A stretch of 64,000 bases of DNA from Saccostrea cucullata (Eukaryota). The notes under the pieces were generated by a model. It made no database searches and had not been told where the DNA came from. It saw only the letters and a program-made list of their open reading frames with translations. The DNA lies in contig NW_026934169.1 in NCBI RefSeq assembly GCF_032062105.1, forward strand, positions 1 through 64,000, read 5' to 3'. Shown here in pieces: positions 23,963-38,900 of the stretch (position 1 is the first letter of the stretch; each line of letters begins with the position of its first letter). Made by a program: the position numbers and the translations under genes.

Positions 23963-26900
23963 AGCACAAAGAAATTCACTTTTACATGGATACCATAATT
24001 AATTTCATTACAACATGTATTGGTAACAATCCTCTGTTAAAACTAATGTCCAAATAACTGTATCTCACTTCTATTCTCAATGACTGTGTAGTGTAGGGCA
24101 GCGCCGCGAGAATTCCATCGGCATCGAAAGCAAGTTTTTTTTTACTTGCCTAGATAGCCGAGCGGTCTAGCGCGCTGTTCCTGCACTGCTAGGAGACAGA
24201 TTCCGAAGGTCGAGAGTTCAACCCCGGGCTGGGGCGGAAGTGGGTATCCATGTAAAAGTGAATTTCTTTGTGCTTTCTATATTAATATTTCTTCACTTAG
24301 GGCAGTTATGTTAGTTTAAGAGTTGTTGTAAAATGTGCTTTATAGATAATAATTAATTTCATTACAACATGTATTGGTAACAATCCTCTGTTAAAACTAA
24401 TGTCCAAATAACTGTATCTCACTTCTATTCTCAATGACTGTGTAGTGTAGGGCAGCGCCGCGAGAATTCCATCGGCATCGAAAGCAAGTTTTTTTTGACT
24501 TGCCTAGATAGCCGAGCGGTCTAGCGCGCTGTTCCTGCACTGCTAGGAGACAGATTCCGAAGGTCGAGAGTTCAACCCCGGGCTGGGGCGGAAGTGGGTA
24601 TCCATGTAAAAGTGAATTTCTTTGTGCTTTCTATATTAATATTTCTTCACTTAGGGCAGTTATGTTAGTTTAAGAGTNNNNNNNNNNNNNNNNNNNNNNN
24701 NNNNNNNNNNNNNNNNNNNNNNNNNNNNNNNNNNNNNNNNNNNNNNNNNNNNNNNNNNNNNNNNNNNNNNNNNNNNNNNNNNNNNNNNNNNNNNNNNNNN
24801 NNNNNNNNNNNNACATTCTTTTGCCAACATGGTTTGAAACATGGCCTATAAGACTCCTGTAAGAAGACTATGAAATCAGACACAGCACTTCAGAATATGC
24901 ATTTTTACATTTTGAAAATTACCGCTTTTAATGCATTTTATAAATACCTCCTTATGTTATCCTAAATTACAGTGATGCCGGTACATTTTTTTAAATGTTA
25001 AGAATAGAACCTAGTTAGACAAGGAATCGATAATTTACGTTCAAGTATCCAACACTACTTTATTACAGAGAAAAGTATAATTAAATTTTCACCAAAAAAA
25101 CAACAGAATGGTTGATATAGAACCTGGATTAAGATGTGCTAAAATGAAGAATATTGAACCGATAGATTAAGGAATTTTGACTGTGTAAATAAATATTCAA
25201 TACAGAAAAATAAGATTGACTAGAGCAGAGATCGTTGCGAAGCAACGAGTAGGTCTTCCGTCATGTTTGACCGGAAGTAGCTTTAATTTTTAACAAAAAT
25301 GAGAAATAACGCCTAAAAATGGTTTGAATCCTCTAAAGCTATGTTAATTAATACAAAATTAAGGTATTAGATGTATAACAAGCATTGTTGAAGAATGAAA
25401 TTTTACTTTATATTTCCTTATCTTTAGTGTTTTGAGGCTTTAATTCCAAAGTTACATAAAGTTTTGTCCAGAGATATCTGAAAAAAGAAGAATTTTCAAA
25501 TCATACCCCCACTGTCGGAAACAGTGAAGAGTGTGTTATACCAGAAAAGGAATTCTGTGAAATAAACTCACTTTCAGACTTTAATTTTACGTTAGATGGA
25601 GAAAAATAACATAGACGCTTCATAATAAAAGACTTTTTTTTTAAAGTTACAATTAATAAAATTTCCACATTAAAATACGTTACTCAATGCTAAGTGTGTA
25701 TTTCTTATAAAAACAATTAATTTTTAACTTTTTTTTAATTAAAAAAAGAAAAGAATGGGCTAAAAATTTCTTTGATAGAAAATGACTCTTATCAATGTTA
25801 TACAAAAATAAAATACACAAAATATTTTTTACCAGGATATTTTGGAGTAATTTAGCATTTACTATCCCTACCCCCAGTTTTAGTATCCGTTTGCTGACAG
25901 ATAAATATAAGTTTTCATTCTCAACACTTTTAGTATGATTATGCCATACTTAAATATTGATTAAGTGTATCAAACAACATAAATAAATAAGTATAATGAC
26001 TTTTTTAACATTGTCCTTGACCTTTTAACCTAAAAAAAAACGTATTTATACACTTGTAAAGAACAATTCTGGGAGATAAAAAAAAATGTACAAGTAATCT
26101 TGTTCTTATGTTAGTTTAAAAAAGTATGGTATTTTTTCCTCATATGTACAGAGAATTGCAAAAATCATGAAAATGAAATTAATATAAATATTTATTATGA
26201 TACCCCCCCCCCCTCCATATCTATCTACTTCCAGTTTGGAACTGACGACGCCGGGCGTATTTTGACGACTTCAATAGATTAAGCATGACATTTTGAACAA
26301 CTTTTCTTCTTTGACGTATTACTAATTCTCAATTCGTTCTGATTTATAAAGAAAAAACTGTCGGCCCCTCTACCCCCCTAATTGTAAGGACCAGCCCTTT
26401 TTAAAAGATATCATTTGAAAGGTCTTGGAATTTTACACTTCTTTTATTCTATATGTTTTAACAGAATATTTCCAGTTAAAAAGATATTGTAAAGGAAGTG
26501 TTAAAAATTTTGAAATTCGGGATACGACTATTTTCGGACCATAGCGAGCGCCGACATGCGGCACTTCCGATAAAAATGAAATACTTTATACATATCTATA
26601 CACTTTGGTTTATCATACCTGAAAGTTTCATGTTTCTATCTTGAGCCATTATTGAAAAACTGTCGGACAAAATGACCCTCCAAAACTCACTAAATCGCAG
26701 AAAACTCTGAACCGGAAGTGAGATCATCAAATTAAAAAAAAAACCTCAAGTTCATTTAATTTGTCATCAATGCTGAAAGTTTCATGAAAATCCATCGACG
26801 CGTTTACGAGAAATCGCCTGCACAACATCGGTAAGAATAATAATAAGAAAAGTTGAAAAGAAACAACAGAATTATAAGACAGCCTTCCGTTGAACGGAAG

Positions 26901-29900
26901 ATCTTAATCATCAGTAGGTGATGTCACAATATTTGACCTCTAAGTATGACCTTGACCTTTATCATGAATAAGGAATGGAAACTTCTAATAAATATTTTCA
27001 AATAACAGGTATATTTTAAATAGATCAAAAGTTACTTTGCATTTAATAACAAACTGTCATTTCGCATCTACATGACAAATGTAGGCTCTCAATTAACCAA
27101 TATATGTAGGATACTTTTTTTACTTTTTAATTAAAATTGTGTCAAAAATTACCAATTTCCTTCCAAAGATCATTGATAATTGACAATACAGTGATATTAT
27201 TCTTTTTTTTATTTAGTGTATGTATAAGAAATAAGTTAAAACAGATTGTGTTGGAGTGTTTTTTTACTACCTTAAATACTATTACTACATGTATATAATT
27301 AACAGAATTGTAGGGCTGAAGGATAGATAATATTTTTCAACATCAGATAAAAGGTCATCTAAAGCAAACAGTAAACTGTAGATTATGATTTGTTAGGAGA
27401 AGCAATCATTATTGTTTGTCCATTATACAAACGCATGCAAGGGGATAATAATCAGACACAGAAATTATTCAACTTTTTTAAAAAAATAATTTCTTTAGTA
27501 TTGTAATCAGACATGAATACCCGAATGACAGCGGCATACAGTTCGTAAAACCGTTGTCGGATTTATTCCTGAATATTCCATCCTTCCCATACACATTTAA
27601 AATGACATTTATTTATATTTAATTTTTTTAGGCAGTGAACCAATTGTCATTAACAAGCTGATGGCGACAAGTAAGGTAGCGTTGTTGTTGTGTTTGTTGT
27701 AAAGAATTGAGCAAGAAAACCCTCAGTTTTTTTCCTTAAAATAATCACACGCCATGGAAATAAGATCTACAAAAACCAAGGGTATCATCTGCGGTAATTA
27801 GAATGTTATAACCCGTGACAGTTATAATCCCAGACTTTATGTTAAACACCTATAATTATAAACAACACATCCATTCAGTTCATTTTATTTTTAAAAGGAA
27901 TGAAAACGATACTTGAGGTTTAACCCTGAAACACTCATATTTTCTATAACAGATTTCTTGGAAGTATTTTAATTTTAGTGCTGCATGTGTCTTCCTCATT
28001 CTTCAATGCAAAAGAGAAAGAACAACACAAACTTAAATCTGCATTTATTTAAAATAGGCCATTGTCATACAATAATAATGTTTCAGACCTTTTTAATCGA
28101 CGATTTTTTATGACATACCCACCTTACAATATGTTAAATTTCCCAAATCACTCCCTTTTAAATGAACACAAAAGCTTGAATTTAATTCTGCACGTCAATT
28201 CCGAATCCGGCAAGCAGTTTCCCTGAATATCATTGAACAATAGGATCGAATGCGAAGCAACAACACATTTCGTTTGTTACAAAAATTTATTTCAAACTGT
28301 GAATGTTATTAAGTATTTGTAAGAAAAAGCAACTATTCATTTTTATGTGTTATCTGTTATACAAACGTATGTAAGATAACTATAATCCTTGATATTTCTT
28401 TTTTTTCGAATTCAATAAATCTATTATAAAAGCGGACGAATATTGCAACTAATTGCTGCAGATAGCTACTACATTTCTGATTTGGATCCAAAGAGTGACC
28501 ACATTTCCTTATCCAAAAAAATCATGAATAATGAAAAAAAATCGTGTCAGAGAGAAATTATTCAACCTCCATTTAATTCCTCTTTTATTCTTGCAGATGA
28601 ATAGTTACATGTACTAGACAAGAATATCTAAATAAAAGTGGCATCTCGTTCGTTAACCATTTTTTTTCTTAATGATTGCTTCATCCTTTCCATATACATT
28701 TTATATTACAATTATATATTTATGATTTATTTTAATCGGCTTTTTTGTGCGTACCAATTTTCATTAACAAGCGTATGTCGACAGGCAAGTTAGCGATGTT
28801 GTTGAGTGTTATAGAGAATTAAACAAGTAAATTTTCAGCTTTTTAAAAATAATTCCACGGTATTCTAACACGTCAGGTGGAAATTTAATGACCTACCGAA
28901 ACCAAAGTATCTTCAGTAATTGAAATTTCATACCCCGTGACGGACAGCTTTTATCCTGTACTTTACCGATATGACAACTTTATTTATAAACAACTCAACA
29001 GTTCAGTTAATTTTAGGAAATGACAGATTTCTTGGAAGTATCCTAAATTGTGGAACAAACTACCTTGGCATTTAAACAATAAAAATATATTGGAGTTATT
29101 TTCCTTCTGATTTAATAATATCAAAAAAAAAGGTTGGATGTACAAGAAAGGCTTGAAGCAAAAAAAAAATCAAAGAAATAATGGAAGTGTGACAGGTTTA
29201 GCAAAATAATTGTATGAGGTTGGGAGAGAATTGCATATATTAAAACGAAGAAGTAAAAACAAGAAATAAAAAAACGAAAAAGCAGATTATACTTTAACAA
29301 ATTTCATATATGAATCAATTACTACTGTCTTTTATTATCAAAGTTAATTTTTAAAAGCATATTATAGACATGTGTGATTCAAGGCATATTTTAAAAATAT
29401 TTTTGTGTGTGAGTGAAGCAAGTGTCGTCTCACTACTTTAATGCTTAGACAAACTTAGACCCAAGTTTTATTTCAAATTTGGTTACAATGAATAATGATA
29501 CAGTTTTGATTTCTTTAGATTCTTTTTATCGACAAAGTATATTTTTAATATGGTATACCACTTTAAAACATTTAATTTCTCAAATCCTTTAATTTAAAAT
29601 GAACATAAAAACTTAAGTTTTGTTCAGAAAGTAAATTTCTTATCGTCAAGTATAATTTCCCTTTTAATATCAGTTAAAAGTGAAATTGTATACGGTATAA
29701 GAAACAGCAAGGATTTAAGATGTGTGTGTGTGTGTTTTTTTTTTGCATTACGCAGTGCAGGAGATTAAAGTATCAAGGCAGAGGTCATGGTTGAATACGT
29801 GCATTAATAAAAGAGGAACATTATTATTTTGAAATATATTGTATTCATCATGGAATTCAAACTTACTTTTCATCACTCCAGAATTCCTTCCCCTCCCAGT

Positions 29901-30024
29901 CTTTGGGGTAACTCTTGTATTGAGACATTAGGTGTTTGACCCTATCCACGGAATCTTTTGTTATTCCATTTTTCAGTTCATTTTTCAAATCTTCCTGCAG
30001 AGCTTTAAGATCGTAGCGGCCCAT
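22836..30024 (-). CDS. CDO1: Cysteine dioxygenase, tandem copy A (190 aa)
   Basis: Exons 30024-29867, 23742-23504, 23011-22836 (573 nt, phases 2 and 1). Motifs YTRTLLD, LCW, HNHANSHCFMK (two His ligands + crosslink Cys), GLHRVGN (third His), TLHLY (crosslink Tyr). Intron 2 donor is GC (G|GCAAGT). Confidence 0.92.
23170..23361. mobile_element. TA-flanked MITE in CDO copy A intron 2
   Basis: Perfect 21-bp inverted ends tactgtaaaccaacttttatt / aataaaagttggtttacagta. Confidence 0.85.
23956..24677 (+). mobile_element. Tandem 354-bp tRNA-derived units (SINE-like or Penelope pseudo-LTR-like) next to a (TA)n run
   Basis: Units start at 23995 and 24349. tRNA-like heads at 24148-24235 and 24502-24589 with A box TAGCCGAGCGG and B box GTTCAACCC. 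About 23957-23994 is the inverted copy of 24243-24280. The second unit runs into the gap. Confidence 0.7.
24678..24812. other. Assembly gap (135 N)
   Basis: Run of N. Confidence 1.
25219..26908 (-). mobile_element. Non-autonomous Helitron/Helentron-type element
   Basis: Minus-strand 3' CTAGT at 25219-25223 next to hairpin tcgttgc-gaa-gcaacga (25232-25248). Subterminal inverted repeat aggtcttccgt / acggaagatct. Palindrome cttccgtt-g-aacggaag and (aat)n at the other end. Confidence 0.75.
27420..29042. repeat. Old diverged local duplication in CDO copy A intron 1 (about 27420-27970 vs 28355-29042)
   Basis: Collinear shared blocks: ttatacaaacg, catccttYccatacacattt-like, cattaacaagc...tagcgWtgttgttg, acagatttcttggaagtat. 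Confidence 0.7.
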
Positions 30025-30113
30025 TTGCGTTGTCCAATTGTTCAAGTATTGGAACTACCGACTGACTACCAAGTTTATGTATTAAAATATAAAGTACAAG
30101 TTATGCAAAATAC

Positions 30114-30124
30114 ATCCTTATATA
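30114..30124 (-). promoter_or_regulatory. TATA box of CDO copy A
   Basis: Minus strand TATATAAGGAT about 95 nt upstream of the ATG. The identical 11-mer occupies the equivalent position in copy B. Confidence 0.6.
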
Positions 30125-33100
30125 GCAGTCTGAAAAGCAGGGCTATTTGATTATTTGTTTTTAAAAATACTTTGTTCTAGAAAATGCTTTGAATGTTCAG
30201 ATATGGTTTTTCATAGATGATGAATATAAGTTAGATAACATTGTTTTGACCTTCAAATTAAGTTAAAACAATTAACTATAATCTAAATACAGAACCCCCA
30301 GTTTTTGGAGAATATGAAACATAAATTGTAAATCAAAATACCCATTTAAAATGATCAAACAAGACCTTTATTGGAAATACACGTGAGTCACAATTTCCAT
30401 GAAAATAATAAAAATCACTCGCCGGTATCCACTGAGTTACTTATAGATGCTGTCACTTAAAAAATTACAGCCTTCTTTTCATAAATTTAATCACTGCAAA
30501 CTGTAGTAAAATACCTACACACAAAATAGGGATATATAAACCTATTTATTCTTATATTTCCGTGTTCTTTCCCAAAATTCATGACCTAGGCATTTACACC
30601 AAAGGAAAAAATTTAAATAATTAAAGATGCTGTTTACCCATCACTTTTGTTGATATTATAAACGTAGTGGACTCTGCTCTATAAATAGCACGGAAAATAA
30701 ACTATAAAAATAACATACAGAGAGAGAGAGAGAGTGAGAGAGAGAGTAAAATAGACTTGTTCGTATCTCTTAAAAAATGTATAAAAGAAATTTCCCAAAG
30801 TAAACCAGTACAGAAAAGGGAGAAAAAAGGTTGCATCATTTCCCAGTCGGTTTTAAATGTTTGAACTTGCAAATTAAATTTAAATTAAATTTTTAATTTT
30901 TTTATTCGGAAAATGCAATTCCTAGAAAATTACTTTAACTGCCTTTATAAGAATTCCCATATAGCTTGACACGAACCAATAAAAAGTCATTCAGGCGCTT
31001 CTCCTTCAATTTGCTGTTTGAAGTTATGCGCCTTTGTTAAAATGTTAACTATAACTTGTATCTATCTACAAAAGGCCCGTCTAACCCGGTATTGTCATTA
31101 AGAGACAGATGCAATACAGATAAGTCATTGCAGAATTCTGTTTTTGAGAAAACTTAATTCATTTGATTATATTCGATTATATAATTGTGATTCTCATTGT
31201 TAAAGAGTGAGCACTTTGACGGCAATTTTAATACAATCAGATTGAGGAAAGTAACACTCTTTAAAATGTTCATGTCTTAGAGGTCACAGGTACAAAGTAC
31301 CAGGTGTAACATAAAACTTAAACTATCATTATCTCCTTCATATCCCCTCTTTAAATAACACTTAGTTTTATAAGCTGACAAAAAAAACATTAAATGTGCT
31401 TTTATACATCCTTAACCCATGCCCTTCATTGATAAACAGATATTTTTTTCCAGTGAAGCAATCATTTGTTTTAAATATACAATTTTTTAAAAATATGTAT
31501 TTAATTAATTAAATATTTATTTTTGAAATATTTGTTTCAGGTTACTTTCTATCTGTTAATCAATAATAAATTTATAATCTGTAAAAGTTTTAACTTTATT
31601 CCTCAAATAATATTAGACTTATTGTTAAAAAAATTGGACGTCTTTACTTTTGGAAAAACCTGAATTAAAACTCTAGTAAATTGAATTTAAGATTTTGTTG
31701 GGAAGTTGTCGGTCCAAAAAGCACAAGTCGAGCAGACAAATAATCATCGTGGCATTCAATGTTGCCGGCACAGCTAGGTGCTGTTATATGACGATGACAT
31801 CTAAGAAAAGAATGAAATGCTTCAGATTGATTCAGTTTTTGTTTTACAATGTAAACATGCCCCGTCCCCGCCTTTTGGGTAGTCCACTTTTATTTACACG
31901 TGATGTTACACTTATATCGCCTAGATGCTTTTGTCCTTGATGTAAGCTGTTTTAAGTTCTTTTCTTAATATAAACCGGTTTTCATTTTGACTCGGTATTT
32001 TAATTTGCATTTTAACAATTGTTTGATTTGTAGAATCATTAATAGTATTGTGGAATCATGCCGGTGATAAAAGGATTTATTTTTATATCAGATTAGCTTT
32101 CTCTGGTCTTATTTCTATCATAAAGCTTTAAGGATATCATACTGAAAATTGGAGCGTCTTTGGCTTTTCTCTCGTCTTTTGCATTAACCTGAATACAACT
32201 TTATGAACTGTCTAGTTATGACACCTTTTTCGTATACATTGTACATTTTGTTTTGCTTAATTTACTAATGTAATAAATACGTTTTCCAGCATTTTTTCTC
32301 AACTGAGAGTGTTATAAATGGAATAAATACTACTTATTGGTCAACCGTAAGCTTTCCTGGTATTGTTTATCCAAGATTCTTAGAACCTCATGAAACAAAC
32401 ACGAATTGAAAATTTTGTAGTTTTATATGGCATTTTAGCATGAAATAATCTTTTCATAAGTTTGGTATATATATCAACACCGAAGGTCTGATTCAAACTG
32501 ACCATAATTATTTTTACAACAAAACATACATACTAAACAAGGAAAGAGTCAAATAAAATGATTAACAAAAAGTGACAAGAAATAAAGTATCAATCAATTC
32601 TTGGACGAATGGTGACATTTTAACGGCATGTAAATAAATGAATTACTGTAACAGATGAAAGAATAAGTGTTAATAACTACCATCTGCCTTGGAAGACGGT
32701 ATTGTAAAGTTGAAGTTTTTTACAGTCTTCGGACTATGCACTTACTCTCTTTTGTGATTGGTAGAAATTGCATGATGAGAAAATTTCCAATTATTTCATT
32801 GGTTGAAATGTTGTTCAAGGCAAGGGAGATAACTTTCTGATGATCTATTTTTCGTACGACTTAACAATTTTGCAAGATTTCCAATCTTTAAAAAATGACA
32901 AAACGAACAACAAAATCAGCAGTAATTATTTCTTAATAACATGATATTTTTTATAGCAATAAATGTAAAGGTCTCTTTAATTTCATTATCAATAAAATTT
33001 GATAGTTATTGCTTGCAGGCTTTACAATTTGTTATTATTCTTTTCCCCATTCTTGTTTGAAGAGGAATGGGAATCAGCCGAGGTTTGCCGAAAGCTCTCG

Positions 33101-33560
33101 GCCAGTCAAAGTTTACGTAGATGACCGACCGACAACCGTGGTAGGGCTAATGCCCGTAAAAAGCTAATTTAGAAATGCAAAATCAAATAATTCAAAAGAA
33201 TTATACGGCATGTTAAGTGTAGATCTGTTTACTGTTTATAATTGTTGCTATAGACGGTAAGCTTTTTTGAAAAGCTCTACTTGTAATATATTAATAGAAA
33301 TCAATAAAGGGATTAACTGTCTATCTCTGACTGTGCTTTCGTAGAGATTAAGGCTGCGCGGAATTTATGAAATTTATCACACTTGCTAAAATATACAAAG
33401 TTTTGATATCATTCTACACAAAGTCCGATCATGTTATTTACACAGTTATCTAAAATAAGTTCAAAAATACTTTATTCCAGATCGTAACATTATCATTTAA
33501 TAGTCATAACAATTCGTACGTTTTGGTTATTTTTCTCAAAGTATACATTCTTAATGCCGA

Positions 33561-35887
33561 TTATTCTCCACAACAGGAACTTGCGCAGCATTGTTGGCTG
33601 AAATCCTTGTCGATCTCCATCTTGACCTCTGTTGACTTGCCTGTGTCGTCATCATACGTCCGACACGAGGCAAATGGCGGGGAATAAAGATGTAAAGTAA
33701 CAGCACCTTCTGTTTGACTTTTGTTCCCGACTCTATGAAGACCTTCTGCGTCTAAATACAAGACAAGGCAAGCGTATTAGTAAACAATTATAAATACTAG
33801 TATATCATGAAGATGCCTAACAAGTAACAAGGTGCTGATAGAAGCACCAATTAAGATACAAACAATTTTTAGATTTAACTACACGATTCTAGGGACGCTA
33901 TCAAAGTACTACGGAAAAAAACGCTACTCCATCTCGACAAAAGTTTGTTAAAGCCTCATGCAATGTAGTGTAGAACTTTTGAATTTCCGAGAGAAAACAG
34001 TTGATTGGAATTTTAGAACAGATTTTGGTTATTGTTTGACTTGAATTATCCCATACTTTGCAACGCAGTAATAGTTAGGGTGATTAAAACTGGTGACATA
34101 TGTGACGCGCCAAGCAAAAACCTTCCTTATATCTATTATGACATGCAGAAGGATAAAACGTACGCTCAACTAGGACCTGGGGTCCCCCGCAAATAGTTCG
34201 TCATTTTGCGTAGTAATAAAACATTCTAGGAACTCTCCAGGCATTAAAGGCACAAAAGTAAATTCATCGATATCAATACGGAGACCTCAGGTCACCTTAT
34301 ATATTAACTGAATTTTATATGATAGACAATTTTCTTTGTCTTACTCAAAAATAATCATTTTCATAACTTTATAAAGATCAACTTTCTAATATATATATTA
34401 GCAGAAACGTGAAAATAATAAAGGGTGACTAGAGGTAACCTCATATTGTACATCAATAGGGGGACCAAAGATCACCTCACACTGTACATCAGTAGGGGAA
34501 CCAAAGGCCACCTTATATTTAACATCATTAGGGAGACCAGTGGTCACCTTATATTGTACATCATCAGAGGGATCATAGGTCACCTTACATTTTAAATTAA
34601 TAGGGGTCCAAAGGTAATCTTTTATTGCACATAATAGGGGGACCTGGGGATACCTTATATCGTACATCATTTGGGGGACCAGAGGTCACCCTATATTATA
34701 CATCAGTAGGGGGACTACAGGTAACCTAATATTGTACTGTACATCAGTAGATGGACCAGAGGACACCTTATACTATACATCTGTAGGGGGACCAGAGGAC
34801 ACCTTATATTGTACATGAGTAGGGGGGCAGAGGTCACCTTATATTGTACATCAGTAGGGGGACGAGAGGACACCTTATACTGTACATCAGTACGGGGACC
34901 AGAGGTCACCCGATATTTTACATTAGTACGGGGACTAGTGGTCACTTAATATTGTACTGTACATTAGTAGAGAGACCAGAGGTCACCTTATATTGAACAT
35001 CAGTAGTAGGACCAGAAGTCATCGTATATTGTACATCAGCAGAAGGACCAGAGGTCACTTTATATTGTACGGGGACTAGTGGTCACCTAATATGTACTGT
35101 ACATCTGTAGCGGGATCAGAGGACACCTTATATTTTACATTAGTAGTAGGACCAGAGGTCATCTTATATTGTACATCAGCAGAAGGACCTGAGGTCCTCT
35201 CTTGTATATCAATAGGGGGACCAGAGGACACCTTATACAATACATCTGTAGGGGGACCAGAGGACACCTTATATTGTACATCGGTAGGGGGACAAGGGGT
35301 CACCTTATATTGTACATCAGTAGTAGGACCAGAAGTCATCGTATATTATACATCAGCAGAAGGACCAGAGGTCACTTTATATTGCACGGGGACTAGTGGT
35401 CACCTAATATTGTACTGTACATCTGTAGCGGGACAAGAGGACACATTATATTTTACATTAGTAGTAGGACCAGAGGTCATCTTATATTGTACAGCAGAAG
35501 GACCTGAGGTCATCTCTTGTATATCAATAGGGGGACCAGAGGACACCTTATATTATACTTATGTAGGGGGACCAGAGGACTATTATTATTATTATTATTA
35601 TACAAAATTTATAGAGCGCCTTATATAATAAACACAATTACTCTAAAGCGCTGTACAACATAGTTAAAATACATTCATAAATACAACATCAAGAATAAAA
35701 ATTTTGTTGAATAGCATAAGAAAATAAAATTTAGTATTGATAACCATTTTAAAAATTAAAAATATTTTTGCAAAATGATGATTAAACGATATCAAAACAC
35801 GAAAAGAGAAAACTGCATACAATAGAGCATAAGAAATTTCAGAAGATTAAAAATAACCAAATATTTAAAGTCAAAAATCTTTAAACA

Positions 35888-35922
<35 letters not shown>

Positions 35923-38900
35923 AAAGTCTATATTTGACACTTAAAAATAAGAATTTAACCGAATGCTGACACCTTATATTGTACATCGGTAGGGGGACCA
36001 GGGGTCATCTATATTGTACATCAGTAGGGGGACCAGAGGACACCTTATATTGTACATCGGTAGGGGGACCAGGGGTCATCTATATTGTACATCAGTACGA
36101 GGACCAGAGGTCACCCGATATTTTACATTAATACGGGGACTAGTGGTCACCTAATATTGTACTGTACATCAGTAAAGGGACCAGAAGTCACCTTATACTA
36201 TACATCTGTAGGGGACCAGAGGACACCTGATATTGTACATCAGTAGGGGGACCTGAGGTCACCTTATATTGTACATCAGTAGGAGGAACAGAGTTCACCT
36301 TATATTGAACATCAGTAGGGGGACCAGAGGTCACTTTATATTGTACATAAGTAGGGGGGACCAGAGGTCACCTTATATTAAACATCTGAAGGATGAAAAG
36401 AGGTCACATATGTACATCAGCAGGGGTACCTAGGGTCACCTTTTATTGTACATCAGTAGGGGGACCAGAGGTCACCTTATATTTAACATCAGAAGGATGA
36501 CAACAGGTCACCTTATATTGTACGGGGACTAGTGGTCACCTAATATTGTACTGTACACCTGTAGCGGGACCAGAGGACACCTTATATCTAATACCAGAAA
36601 GGGGACTAGAGGTCACCTTATATTGTACATCATTATAGTGACCAGAGGTAATCTTGAATTGTACATCATTACAGAGACCAGAGTTCACCTAAAAGTGTAC
36701 ATCATTATGGGGACTAGAGGTCACCTTACATTGTACATTATTGGAGGACCAGAGGTAATCAGTGATGGACCACAGTAAATTTTATATAACATATCATTAC
36801 GGAGACCAGAGGTCACCTTATATCGTACATCATTACGGGAACCAGAGATCACCGGATATAGTGTACATCATTCCTGGGACCAGAGGTCACCTTATATTGT
36901 ACAAGATAACTGGAGCCATAGATCACCTGATATAGTGTACATAATTACCGGGACTAGAGATCGCCTGGTATATTGTACATATTTACAGGGATCAAAGGTA
37001 ACCTTATATTGCAGATCATTATGGTGACCAGAGGTCACCTTATTTTATACATCATTACAGGGACCAGAGGTCACCTTAAACTGTCACCTGATATAATTAT
37101 AGATATAATTAAATAATTATAAATTTCAAGGTCCCTGGCTCAGGGGTACCATGGAGGGATGGGGGCTCTAATTAAATACTGTAATTGAATTAATGCTTTC
37201 AAATTTATTCTTTGGTATAAACCAAATTTTTTTTATGAACAAGGGTGCCTTTTCCAAAATTGTGAAATGTATGACCCCAAAATGAGGGTTTTTATGGTCA
37301 GTGGGCACTACTTATTATTGATAATTATTACTGATTATTTGAAATGCACTTTTTTTGTTCCCCTACGCTCTATATAGGTATTATGTAGCCAAATTAAGTA
37401 TGCTAAGTACATAGTTATAATGCGCAATGGTACTTTTTTTCAAAATTGCGAATGTCATGGCCACTGGTTCAAAGCGCAAACCAAATTCAATCGGTTTAAA
37501 GTTTTTACATGATCTTCAGATGACCTATAAGACCCATAGGCCTCTTGTCGTGTTCTTATAAAAGAACCTTTGCATGGTATCCCGTTAGTATGCATTTTAT
37601 CTCTAATCTCTGATCCATCCTAATGTTCTTTTGAGATGTCTCTGGGTTACGATGGGTCCGCCTTCATATGAATTATATTTTATGTCTGGTTTCCTTAAAA
37701 ATGTACAAAATGGGAACCACTGGTGTCCCTATTTATGTACATTATAAGGTGACATCTGGCCCCCCTTGTGTTGTAAAATATAAAGTGCCCTTAGGTCCCC
37801 ATGATGATCTACAACATAAGGTGATCTTTGACCAACTACCTTATGATGTAGAAGGTGACCTGTGTTTCCCCTTATGATGTACAATATAATCTGACGTCTA
37901 GTCTGAAACAGTATAAGGTGACCTCTGTTCCCCTTTCTGTTATACAATTTAAAGGTGATCTTTAGTCTCCATAATGAAATAAAATATAAGGTGACCTTTG
38001 GTCCACCTATTCATGTACAATATTAGTTAACCTCTGATCCACCTAGTGAAGAACGTTAAAACTGACCTGAAGGCTCTGTACCCAAACTGATGTACAATAT
38101 AAGGTGACCCTGAGTCCCCAACTGATGTACAATATAAGGTGACCCCTGGTCTCCCTACTGATGTACATTAGAAGGTGACCCCTGGTCTCCCACCCATGTA
38201 CAATTTAAGGTGACTCATGGTCCCACTACTGATGCAACAAAACAAGATGACCACTGGTGACCACTGGTCCCCCTACTGATGCAGACACCATGAATACTAC
38301 TACCTCTTGTTCACCTTCTGATGTAAAGTGCTATATAAGGTGTCCTTTGGTCCCCCTACTCATGTACAATATAGGGTGACCTCAGGTAAACTTATGGTGT
38401 ATAATATAAGGTGACCTCTGGTCCCCACGATGCACAGACAAGATGACCTCTGGACCCCCTACTGATTTAAATATAAGATGACCTCTGGTCCCCTTATTGA
38501 TGTACAATATAAGGTGTCCTCTGGTCCTCCTACTGAAGTACAATATAAGTTGACCTCTGGTCCCCTACTGATGTACAATTAAAGGTGACCTCTGGTCCCC
38601 CTACTGATGTACAATATAACTTAACCCCTTGTCCCCCTACTTATGTACAATATAAGATGACCTCTGGTTCCCCTGCTGATGTACAATTTAAGGTGACCTC
38701 TGGTCCCCCTGCTGATGTACAATATAAGGTGACCCCTGGTCCCCTTACTGATGTACAATTTAACGTGACTACTTATGTACAATATAAGATGACCTCTGGT
38801 CCCCCTATTGATGTACAATATAAGGTGACCTCTGGTCCCCCTACTGATGTATTTAATCAATATTTTATTATGTAAAGTAAGATTACATTATTGGATTGGA

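Noticed and set aside
24148-24235. Functional tRNA gene
   Set aside because: A and B boxes are present, but there is no canonical 7-nt anticodon loop and the acceptor and T stems pair poorly; embedded in a repeat unit.
24660-24883. ORFs spanning X runs
   Set aside because: Artefacts of the N gap.
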